Shown here: positions 1 to 8,374 of the stretch, in pieces
Layout: each line of letters begins with the position of its first letter
Numbering within the stretch: the first letter of the stretch is position 1
Assembly: GCA_048938025.1 (NCBI GenBank)
Contig: JBHLMP010000036.1
Span: forward strand, 1-38,360
Source: Promethearchaeota archaeon
Lineage (GTDB): Archaea; Asgardarchaeota; Lokiarchaeia; Sigyniarchaeales; SOKP01
Direction of reading: 5' to 3'
DNA length: 38,360 bases
Made by a program: the position numbers and the translations under genes
The notes under the pieces: generated by a model
What the model was told of the DNA's origin: nothing
Database searches by the model: none
What the model saw: only the letters and a program-made list of their open reading frames with translations

Positions 1-956
1 GCTTCTTCCCTTAATTTCTCGTTATTTCGATCCTTTTTTGATTTTTCTACATCATAAAATAAAGTATCTAAACCAAATTGTATATCTTCAGACATAGGAA
101 TATCAACTAGAACTTCATCACTCGTTTTAATATCTATTTCAGACATTACATTTTCTATTTTCTCATTTTTACCCTCAAATTCTGAACCATCTTTATAATC
201 TGACTCCAATTTAAAAGTTTCGCCGTAAGCAGATTGTAAAGGTTTCCCTGCTGATACTAAAGAAGATAATTCTGCTAAGACATTAGCAAAAAAGTATTTA
301 TTCAATCCATCAACGATATAATCGACTTTAAAGTAATTTTTATCATAATCTAAAGAATTAGGATCCTTATTAACATCAATTATTCTATAAATTTCAAAAC
401 CTGTATCGTATTTAGTAAGAATATTTTCACCAATTTTTTCTTCTTTTTTTTTTCCTAAAAGTGTATAATCAAAAACTAAACCACAAAAGTCAGGATTGTT
501 TTGTTGGAACCATAATTGATTAGTTATATCTATATCTGAAAAGAAAAGCGATAAACCCGGATGAGAGTGAAACCAACCCACAACAAAATCTCCTTTTCCT
601 TCCTCATATAATTTATCTTCTATCTGTGATATAAAAACATAATGTCTTTCGTCTAACTGCACGTCTGTATCATGACCAAAAGTTAATGGATAAGCGTTTT
701 TAACATAAACAAAATCATCATCAGTATAACCAGTAAGGATTCCATAGATTTCTTTCCAATCTTTTTGCGGAACGGATTGATTTGCGTATCTACTAGCATA
801 GAGAATAATTGTTTTATATGCATCTGCTGAGATTATAACTGGCTTTCTATTCAATTGAACTTCATTCTTCTCATTATATTCCTTCTCCGCTTCTAATTCT
901 CTCTGTTTCACTGGTTCTTTCTTATCTTCATTTTTCCTTTCGAATTCTTCAGACAT
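1..956 (-). CDS. JAMM/MPN+ metalloprotease (Rpn11/CSN5-like), runs off the window's left edge (partial, >318 aa)
   Basis: Not in the ORF track. Manual translation from ATG at 956 (MSEEFERKNEDKK...) stays open to position 1. It contains KEIYGIL (catalytic Glu) and VVGWFHSHPGLSLFFSDIDITNQ, the intact E..HxH-x7-S-x2-D JAMM motif, followed by a charged C-terminal extension. Confidence 0.9.
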   Translation of the reverse strand, partial: MSEEFERKNEDKKEPVKQRELEAEKEYNEKNEVQLNRKPVIISADAYKTIILYASRYANQSVPQKDWKEIYGILTGYTDDDFVYVKNAYPLTFGHDTDVQLDERHYVFISQIEDKLYEEGKGDFVVGWFHSHPGLSLFFSDIDITNQLWFQQNNPDFCGLVFDYTLLGKKKEEKIGENILTKYDTGFEIYRIIDVNKDPNSLDYDKNYFKVDYIVDGLNKYFFANVLAELSSLVSAGKPLQSAYGETFKLESDYKDGSEFEGKNEKIENVMSEIDIKTSDEVLVDIPMSEDIQFGLDTLFYDVEKSKKDRNNEKLREE

Positions 957-1080
957 TTTCTCAAATTCTTTAATTATTTATTTGAAAAATGCTTAATCTT
1001 TAGAATAATATAATACTGTTCTTAAATAAAATTATGTTTTTATTGAAATTGTTTCACTCATCTTAATATCTTTTCAAGTT

Positions 1081-1638
1081 TTATCGTTTAGTTATACTAT
1101 TTATAAATCTATTTTTAATTTGAATTGGACTCAAAGGAATATTTCCTACTGACTTGTTACCGGGCATAGTTTTTATGAGTATAAAATGACAACCTTTATC
1201 TAGATTTTTTAAAGTCGTTGAAATTTTATTTTGATCACGTATTACCATGATAGAATCAAATCCAGCTCCCTTTGCGATAATATCTAATTTTGTTTTTAAA
1301 CTGGTGTGGGTTTTTTGATCTCCTGTAGATCCGTATGATCCATTGTCAATAATAATTAGAGTTAAATTATCAGGATTAGTGTTTGCTATTGTACTTAAAC
1401 TTCCTAGGTTCATCAAAATAGAGCCATCTCCATCAATACACCAAACTTTTCTTTTAGGTTGGGATATAGCTAACCCAAACGCAATTGAAGATGATAATCC
1501 CATTGAACCCATCATATAGAAGTTTTCCGATCTATCTTTGATATTATAGAGTTCCCTTGACGGATCTCCAAGATTGCATACTACTAACTCATCTTTTAAT
1601 ATTTCCGTAATTTCTTTTAATGCCTCATATCTTCTCAT
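1081..1638 (-). CDS. comE: Sulfopyruvate decarboxylase subunit beta (TPP-binding)
   Basis: NFYMMGSMGLSSSIAFGLA, TPP motif IDGDGSILMNLG...DNGSYGSTGDQ; 1 nt downstream of comD. Confidence 0.85.
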   Translation of the reverse strand: MRRYEALKEITEILKDELVVCNLGDPSRELYNIKDRSENFYMMGSMGLSSSIAFGLAISQPKRKVWCIDGDGSILMNLGSLSTIANTNPDNLTLIIIDNGSYGSTGDQKTHTSLKTKLDIIAKGAGFDSIMVIRDQNKISTTLKNLDKGCHFILIKTMPGNKSVGNIPLSPIQIKNRFINSITKR

Positions 1639-1639
1639 T

Positions 1640-2134
1640 TTAGCTCCCCCATAAAGTTCTTTTAAGAATTATTGCTATAGGTTTTTTAGTTTTCTTAGCT
1701 TTATCAACTACTTTTGTAATATCCTTAATTTTTCTAGGAGAATTTAAAATATATGTCTCAATTGTTAAGAGTTTTAAAAGGTCGATAGTGATTTGTCCCA
1801 TTGGTATTTGTGCAATAATTTTTTCTCCTTCTGCTCCTCTATGACTTATTATAAAAATAACTGGGATCTTATATAATTCTAGGAGAGATTTTATAGCGTT
1901 TATAGAATTACCTAATCCAGAATTTTGCATTAAAATAGCAGGAAGTTTACCCCCGAGGTAAGCTCCTGCTGCAATTCCTACACCTTCTTCTTCTCGAGTG
2001 ACTTGAATGTGTTCAATCTCATTTTTTTCATTAATAAGTTCTAACAAATTTTTGAGCATGATACAAGGTACTGACAACAGAAGGTTTATTCCAGTATTTT
2101 TGATAGCTTCATATAATTTTAGATCTACACTCAT
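1640..2134 (-). CDS. comD: Sulfopyruvate decarboxylase subunit alpha
   Basis: SVPC, VTREEEGVGIAAGAYLGG, LMQNSGLGNSINA, SHRG...AQIPMG motifs; 164 aa; paired with comE. Confidence 0.85.
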   Translation of the reverse strand: MSVDLKLYEAIKNTGINLLLSVPCIMLKNLLELINEKNEIEHIQVTREEEGVGIAAGAYLGGKLPAILMQNSGLGNSINAIKSLLELYKIPVIFIISHRGAEGEKIIAQIPMGQITIDLLKLLTIETYILNSPRKIKDITKVVDKAKKTKKPIAIILKRTLWGS

Positions 2135-2180
2135 AAATCTTCTTTATTTGGTAATTTTGTATTAGATATAGACTATTTTT

Positions 2181-3395
2181 TTAAATAATTCCCTTTCTTT
2201 TAAATTTACTAATGTCATCATCATTATAATTAAGGGATTTTAAAATCTCTTTAGTATTTTGACCTACTTTCGGAGCTAAATTTCTTATTGTTAATGGTGT
2301 TCTTGAATATTTAATTGGAGAACTCACATTTTGAATCTTTCCAAATTTGGGATGTTCCATTTCAATAACCATTTTACGAGCTCTAATTTGAGGATCTTCG
2401 CAAGCATCTGCAAAAGACTTTATAGGCATAACACATGCATCCAAATCTTTAAAAATTTCTATCCACTCTTTTTGAGTTTTCTGTAGGAATTCTTTTTGTA
2501 GTTCTTTAAATACCCATTCTTTTTCTTCTCCCTGTGCAGTTTGTTTTAATTTTAAATCTTCACGACCAAGGCCATCACATAAATCTCGCCAAAATTTAAC
2601 TTCAATAACCCCAACAGATACAAATTTATTATCCTTAGTTTTATAAACGGAATAATATGGAAAATCACCATGTATAGGATTTTGTGTTTTTATCCCATCA
2701 TTTAAATCTTTAGAAAAATGATAAGCTGCTGCCATTGGCATAAATGAAAATACTGAATCGGTCATAGAAATATCAATATATTGACCATTTTTATTCGGAT
2801 TATTTTCCCTTTCAATAATTGCACCTAAAATACCAATAGTTGAGACTAGACCGCCCCCAATATCAGCAGCCTGTATACCTGGTACCATAGGAAATCTTTC
2901 TTGTTCCTCTTGACCTAAAATTACTCTCTCTCTATTTAGAGCTAAAATCCCACAAATTCCAATATAATTTAGATCATGCCCAGCTATTTGCTTATACGGT
3001 CCATTTTGGCCATATCCTGTTAAAGAACAGCAGATTATTGATGGGTTAATTGAAGAGAGGATCTTATAATCAATTTTCAATTTATTTGTAACTTTTGGTC
3101 TAAAGGTATCTAACACTACATCAGCTATTTTAACTAGTTCATAAAATATTTCTCTTGCTTTCTCTTTTTTCAAGTTGAGAGTAATTGATTTTTTATTTCT
3201 CATAAGGATTGAATTAAAAGCACTTTCTCGATATCTACCTTTCTGAAAGAATGGAGGCGGATTAGCGTAAGGATAATTAGGATCTTCTACCCGGATGACT
3301 TCAGCCCCAAGATCGGCTAGTATCATAGAACAATACGGACCAGGCAGCAATCTTGTAAGATCAAGAATAACTTTTCCTTCTAAAGGTAATGGCAT
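2181..3395 (-). CDS. Class III CoA-transferase (CaiB/BaiF, AMACR-like)
   Basis: LDLTRLLPGPYCSMILADLGAEVIRVE, RNKKSITLNLK, GYGQNGPY..AGHDLNY, catalytic Asp in QAADIGGG. Confidence 0.92.
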   Translation of the reverse strand: MPLPLEGKVILDLTRLLPGPYCSMILADLGAEVIRVEDPNYPYANPPPFFQKGRYRESAFNSILMRNKKSITLNLKKEKAREIFYELVKIADVVLDTFRPKVTNKLKIDYKILSSINPSIICCSLTGYGQNGPYKQIAGHDLNYIGICGILALNRERVILGQEEQERFPMVPGIQAADIGGGLVSTIGILGAIIERENNPNKNGQYIDISMTDSVFSFMPMAAAYHFSKDLNDGIKTQNPIHGDFPYYSVYKTKDNKFVSVGVIEVKFWRDLCDGLGREDLKLKQTAQGEEKEWVFKELQKEFLQKTQKEWIEIFKDLDACVMPIKSFADACEDPQIRARKMVIEMEHPKFGKIQNVSSPIKYSRTPLTIRNLAPKVGQNTKEILKSLNYNDDDISKFKRKGII

Positions 3396-3555
3396 AATAT
3401 TAAAAAAATTAGATTACATAAAAGTTTTCAAAATTTTGATAAAATAGGAAAGAAAATACGAAAAATCCTCCAACTATCAATTAAAGATTCTGAATTTATG
3501 GGCTTTTATGAAAAGCTAAATAAATTATAAATTTTAATAAAAAAAAAGATAAAAA

Positions 3556-4071
3556 TTATAACTCAATAATTTCTGCTTCCATTTTATTTGTATCTACAAT
3601 GGCGAATGTAGCCTTTCCTGTTAAATATCCGCACAATTCACCTGGATTCACCACTAATACTCCATTTTCATATTTTTTATTCATTAAAGCATGCGTATGA
3701 CCAAATAAAATAATATCAAACTTACCTGAGCTGGCAATTGCATCAACAGTTTCTTGATTAGGCATGTGTGCTGCAAAAATCTTTTTTCCATCAAATTCTG
3801 AAATTAACTCCATTCCAACTAAATCACAGATTTGTCCTAAATTTTGTTTTAAAAAGACTCTATCCCCATCATTATTTCCATAAACACCAAAAAACCTTTC
3901 TTTCACATTTTCATTTAAACCATGGAACCATCTCACAACAAACGCAGAAATGTAGTCTCCGCAATGGATTAATGCATCCACATCTTTTTTATTTATTTTA
4001 GATACGGCTTTTAGTATATTTTTCTTATGATCATGTGAATCGGATATAACTGCTATTTTCATTTTCTCCAA
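3556..4071 (-). CDS. Metallophosphoesterase, YfcE/MJ0936 family
   Basis: ISDSH, HCGD, GNND, GHTH, VNPGE motifs; true start may be the second Met (MKIAVISD, 4062). Confidence 0.9.
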   Translation of the reverse strand: MEKMKIAVISDSHDHKKNILKAVSKINKKDVDALIHCGDYISAFVVRWFHGLNENVKERFFGVYGNNDGDRVFLKQNLGQICDLVGMELISEFDGKKIFAAHMPNQETVDAIASSGKFDIILFGHTHALMNKKYENGVLVVNPGELCGYLTGKATFAIVDTNKMEAEIIEL

Positions 4072-4192
4072 CTCATAATATCTTAAAATAATTAATAACG
4101 AGATTTTATAAAAAGATTCTTAACATAAAAAGATATATTATTTAGTTGTTTATATTATTAAATACAATAAGTGAGTATGATTTGATTTTAGT

Positions 4193-5266
4193 ATGATCGA
4201 AGAGTTCTTTAAAACAGAAAAAATAATTTTAGATGAAGAGTTAGAAGATTATTTTGATAAATTGAATAGAGATGAAAAAGATATCCTTCTAAAAGATTTT
4301 ACTTCTCAGCTTGAGGATTTTATATTAAATCCTAAAGCTAAAAGAATTCATCCTGTTTTATTAATTGCTTCCTTTACAGGTATAATAAATCCAATGTATT
4401 TGGAAGATCAAATAAATGAAATTCGAAAAGTTTCTTTAGCTGTAGAATTATTACATAGTGGGCATTTAATCCACGATGATCTCATAGATGATGATGATAC
4501 AAGAAGAGGTAAACCTACTTTTCATATTCAATTAAAAAATGAGATAAATGCAGTATTTAAAGGTATAAATATCACGAATAAAGATAAGTTAATTGAAGAA
4601 TATGGACGAGATATGTCAATTTTAGGTGGTACTCAAGGCTATCTTTTTGGTTTAGATATTTTAAAATCTTCAAAATTCCCAGATAATTTAAAGTTATTAG
4701 CTATAAACGAATATACACAAGCTATGGATTATTTAATGAAAGGACAAATAATTGAAGAATATATGGATTTCCACAAAATGACTATGTCATTAGAACAGTA
4801 TTTAAACATTGCTGAGTTACAACGAGCCAGTCTTTTTGAGAAATCAACCAAGATTGGAGCGATTTTAGCTAAAGGAAATTTACATTATCAAATAAATCCC
4901 TTATCTGAAGCAATGGTAAGAATAGGTCAGGCCCATGCTATTCGAGATGATATTCTTGATATAAAAGATGATATTAGAAGAAAGAAGAAGAAAATTATTT
5001 ATATTTTAGCCATCCAAAATAGTGATGAGGTCCAATCAAAAACATTAAATGAAGTATATAATAAAGAAAGTTTATCTAACAACGATGTTAAATTAATAGA
5101 AGAAATCTTTGCTGAAACAAACGCACTTATTATAGCAGAACATTTCTCGAAAAATTTGATTTCTCAGGCAAAAAATTTCTTGAAAGATATTTATCCTGAT
5201 TTAAATAAAGAACAAAAAATCTTTTTTAACGAATTCTCAGATTATATTTATATGAGAGAATTCTAA
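4193..5266 (+). CDS. Trans-isoprenyl diphosphate synthase family protein (divergent)
   Basis: KRIHP, first Asp-rich motif HDDLIDDDDTRRGKPT, GQ motif, second Asp-rich motif IRDDILD. Confidence 0.85.
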   Translation: MIEEFFKTEKIILDEELEDYFDKLNRDEKDILLKDFTSQLEDFILNPKAKRIHPVLLIASFTGIINPMYLEDQINEIRKVSLAVELLHSGHLIHDDLIDDDDTRRGKPTFHIQLKNEINAVFKGINITNKDKLIEEYGRDMSILGGTQGYLFGLDILKSSKFPDNLKLLAINEYTQAMDYLMKGQIIEEYMDFHKMTMSLEQYLNIAELQRASLFEKSTKIGAILAKGNLHYQINPLSEAMVRIGQAHAIRDDILDIKDDIRRKKKKIIYILAIQNSDEVQSKTLNEVYNKESLSNNDVKLIEEIFAETNALIIAEHFSKNLISQAKNFLKDIYPDLNKEQKIFFNEFSDYIYMREF

Positions 5267-5283
5267 ACATCATTAATATTGTT

Positions 5284-5880
5284 TTATAATACAAAATATG
5301 GTTTATTTTGTTTTTTAAACATTAAATTGTTTAATTCTTTAAAAACGTTTAATACATTATAATTTTCTAAAGCAGAGGTTTTATAAAAACCATCTAAATG
5401 TTTCTTATTAACATAATCGAGGATTATATCATCGCTAATAATTTCTGTAAGAGCTCTTTTATCTAATAAATCACTTTTACTCCCTACTAAAATAATTGGA
5501 ATCTTAGTACCTACAGCGTATTTATTTAAATTATCATACCAGAAATCTAATTGTTTAAAAGATGAGTAATTAAATAAATCAAATATTAATAAAGCTCCAT
5601 TTGTTCCCTCAATAAATTTAGGTATTAAAGGTTTAAATCTCTCTTGACCCCCAAAATCAAAAATAGAATTTAAAACAAAATTTTCTCCTGTATTATGCGA
5701 TCCCTCTTTTTTATTAATTTTTAAATAAATTGAATGAAAATTTATTCCAATTGTTAGTGAAGTGTCTATATTGAATGAATTAAAACAAATTCTGTTAAAA
5801 AGGCAGGTTTTTCCAACTCCTGCAGGACCACAAAGCACAACTTTTTGCGCAACTTTATAACTATATTCATCATATCCCAT
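5284..5880 (-). CDS. Rab-like small GTPase (Asgard type)
   Basis: G1 GPAGVGKT, G2 TIGINF, G3 DFGGQERF, G4 GSKSD, G5 TSA; no C-terminal prenylation cysteines. Confidence 0.9.
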   Translation of the reverse strand: MGYDEYSYKVAQKVVLCGPAGVGKTCLFNRICFNSFNIDTSLTIGINFHSIYLKINKKEGSHNTGENFVLNSIFDFGGQERFKPLIPKFIEGTNGALLIFDLFNYSSFKQLDFWYDNLNKYAVGTKIPIILVGSKSDLLDKRALTEIISDDIILDYVNKKHLDGFYKTSALENYNVLNVFKELNNLMFKKQNKPYFVL

Positions 5881-5994
5881 TTGTGAAAAAACCCTTATCT
5901 AAATGAAAATTCTCAATAGATATTATTGAAATATAATTGAGAAAATAATTAAAACCTTAAATACTTAATTCTTCTTATTTCGCTTACCTTTTCC

Positions 5995-6096
5995 TTAATA
6001 AAAAGGAAAATAATAACAATTGATTATATCTAACTTAGCCAACACTGGTCTTCTTTGAGATGGATAAGGAAATTTCCAATCAAAGTTAGTATTCAA
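5995..6096 (-). pseudogene. Probable 5' remnant of a gamma-glutamyltransferase (YwrD-like) gene
   Basis: TTG-initiated 33-aa ORF MNTNFDWKFPYPSQRRPVLAKLDIINCYYFPFY*; the first ~21 aa match the FDW.FPYPS.R.PVLA N-terminus typical of this GGT subfamily, then similarity stops. Confidence 0.5.
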
Positions 6097-6110
6097 TCGA
6101 ATTTGCTTTA

Positions 6111-6154
6111 ATAATAATAATATCTAAAATATTTTATAATAATAATATCTAAAA
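6111..6154. repeat. Exact 19-bp direct repeat ATAATAATAATATCTAAAA (6111-6129, 6136-6154)
   Basis: Read directly; low complexity, lies in the divergent intergenic region upstream of the radical SAM gene. Confidence 0.7.
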
Positions 6155-6226
6155 ATCCCTCTTTCCTTATAATAATAGCAAGAAGATTGTTTTAATTATT
6201 TGATAATTATTATTTAACGAATTCTT

Positions 6227-7135
6227 ATGATTACAAAAATACCACCTGAACAAATAGTTATTAGACCTCCAGTAGAAGCATATTCCGTCTTAATACCTGT
6301 TACTGGGGGATGTTCGTGGAATAAATGCCGTTTCTGTGGAACTTATAAGGGCGTTTATGGAGTTACTCAAGATTATGCTATAAGAAATGTAGAGGATGTA
6401 AAAAAAGATATAGATAAGTTTGCCGAGAGAAATTATCATGGTTTTCCTGTTTTTTTAGCTGGAGGAAATCCCACATCAGCACCAACAGAATATCTAGTTG
6501 AAATTATTAAGTATGTAAGAGTTAAGCTTAGAGATGTTCAGCGTGTTAGTTGTTATGCTAAAGCACTAGATATTTTAAGAAAATCAGAGGAGGAATTAAA
6601 GAGGCTTGCTGAAGCTGGATTAGATATTGTGTATATGGGATTAGAGAGTGGAAGTAGCAAAATCTTAAGGATCATGAAAAAAGGAACCAATGCAGAATCA
6701 ATAATTAAGGCTGGAAAAAAGATTTTAAACGCTGGCATTAAGATTAGCTTATATATTATTCTTGGCTTAGGAAGTCATAACTATTCCGAAGAACATATAA
6801 AAGAAACAGCAAGAGTATTAACTGAAATTAATCCAACGATTTTCAGGTTTAGAACCCTTAATATTTTACCTGGTACTCCACTTTGGGATGAATGGAAAGC
6901 AGGTGAATTTGAATTATTATCTCCAGTAGAAAATCTAAAAGAAGAAAGAGATATCATAGCAAATTTAGGTAATAATGTAACTTCTCAGGTTTTTAATGAC
7001 CATGTTAGTAACTATTGTGATCTTGAATCAGCGAACATTAAACAAGATAAAGAAATGTTCCTTAAGGTATTAGATTCTCTAATTAATGACCCTCGAATCC
7101 AGATCCTACCACGAAGAAATTTAATTCGAATGTAG
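6227..7135 (+). CDS. Radical SAM protein (YgiQ-related, substrate unknown)
   Basis: IRPPVEAYS N-terminus, GCSWNKCRFC Fe-S cluster motif, YMGLESGS, NDHVSNY. Confidence 0.9.
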   Translation: MITKIPPEQIVIRPPVEAYSVLIPVTGGCSWNKCRFCGTYKGVYGVTQDYAIRNVEDVKKDIDKFAERNYHGFPVFLAGGNPTSAPTEYLVEIIKYVRVKLRDVQRVSCYAKALDILRKSEEELKRLAEAGLDIVYMGLESGSSKILRIMKKGTNAESIIKAGKKILNAGIKISLYIILGLGSHNYSEEHIKETARVLTEINPTIFRFRTLNILPGTPLWDEWKAGEFELLSPVENLKEERDIIANLGNNVTSQVFNDHVSNYCDLESANIKQDKEMFLKVLDSLINDPRIQILPRRNLIRM

Positions 7136-7187
7136 ATCTCGATAGATCTATTATAGATAGAAATTTGTATAAAATAGAGTTTCTAAT

Positions 7188-7727
7188 TTATTTATTTTTA
7201 TGAACTTTTATCAATCTATTAATAATTTCTAATGATTCTTTATATACTGGTATTATAGGCTGCATGATATTAACATAGTCATAAATCCCTTTAAAACCTC
7301 TAATGTTTTGGAATTCTTTTTCATTTTTTTCTAATTCTGCTTTAATCCTATTAAGTTCATCTTGCCATTTCAATATATCATTTATGACAATTTTATTAAA
7401 ATTCATGAATGAAATCGCTACAGAGTTCATGCTATAAGTAATTTGTCCTGATTCTGAAGTTTTTGTAACTTCTATGATTCCATTTTCTAGCATTTTATTA
7501 ATTTCCTGAGATATGGTTCCGGCAGATAAATCTGTTAATTTTTTAAGATCTTTTTGAGTAAGAGATTTTCGGGTAATAAAGAGTGATAAAATTTTAATAA
7601 ATATAGGTTTAAGTTTTACCAATAATCTGGATTTAATAAGAAAATTCATAATTTCTTTTTCAATTTGTACAATTTCTGGATCAAAGTCGATAGCATCATT
7701 CAAATCTGTTTCAATCATTTTAATCAC
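7188..7727 (-). CDS. GbsR/MarR-family wHTH transcriptional regulator
   Basis: LTQKDLKKLTDLSAGTISQEINKMLENGII HTH; overlaps the upstream paralog by 8 nt. Confidence 0.8.
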   Translation of the reverse strand: MIKMIETDLNDAIDFDPEIVQIEKEIMNFLIKSRLLVKLKPIFIKILSLFITRKSLTQKDLKKLTDLSAGTISQEINKMLENGIIEVTKTSESGQITYSMNSVAISFMNFNKIVINDILKWQDELNRIKAELEKNEKEFQNIRGFKGIYDYVNIMQPIIPVYKESLEIINRLIKVHKNK

Positions 7728-8211
7728 TCTTATTTTTTAATTTCAAGAAGGGAGAAAATATTTCTAGCATCATTGTTAAATAATCAATGAATTCTTCTAT
7801 TCTACTCTTTAAAAATTCAACACCTTTTTTATCTTTCAAATCTTCTAATCTTGCTTTTATTCCTTGGAAAAATTGTTCTGCTTCTGATTTAGCATTCAAT
7901 GCTATATTAATGCCTGATGATGCAAAAGTTTTTGGTTTAAGGAGAAATGAATAAGTATATTTGTGAGTTCCTGAAATCAACTTTTTTTCAATCAAACCCA
8001 AGCTAATCATAGCATTTAAATGAGTTGATATAGTTCCCATTGAGAAATTAGTTAGGTTTTTTAATTCTTTTTGGGTTAAACTTTCATAAATAAATAAAAA
8101 AAAGTTAATCATTGTTATTTTTTCACTACTACGGCGCTGCCCAATTTCTAAAGCATAATCTAATACTTTTTTTTCTATATTTCTAAATTTTTGGTTGAAA
8201 CTATTACTCAT
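7720..8211 (-). CDS. GbsR/MarR-family wHTH transcriptional regulator
   Basis: LTQKELKNLTNFSMGTISTHLNAMISLGLIEK HTH; divergent from ABC transporter. Confidence 0.8.
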   Translation of the reverse strand: MSNSFNQKFRNIEKKVLDYALEIGQRRSSEKITMINFFLFIYESLTQKELKNLTNFSMGTISTHLNAMISLGLIEKKLISGTHKYTYSFLLKPKTFASSGINIALNAKSEAEQFFQGIKARLEDLKDKKGVEFLKSRIEEFIDYLTMMLEIFSPFLKLKNKSD

Positions 8212-8293
8212 TTTTATTTTGATTGTAAGTTTTATATTTTGGTGTCTTATTATAAATATAAATAGGGAGTAATTAATATTTAAATATTTTCCT

Positions 8294-8374
8294 AAATTTC
8301 AAATTTTATGAAAACATTTAAATAGTTAAGTTTCATAATTATTATTGCAATTCTCAAATTTCAAATTTTATGAA
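8294..8374. promoter_or_regulatory. Two identical 19-bp boxes AAATTTCAAATTTTATGAA (8294-8312, 8356-8374) flanking a TTTAAATA TATA-like element; putative operator pair
   Basis: Exact repeat containing the imperfect palindrome TTCA-N7-TGAA, between divergent regulators and the ABC operon. Confidence 0.6.

Noticed and set aside
7133-7150. Hairpin TAGATCT-CGAT-AGATCTA between convergent genes
   Set aside because: Only a 7-bp stem; may aid termination but cannot be supported as a distinct element
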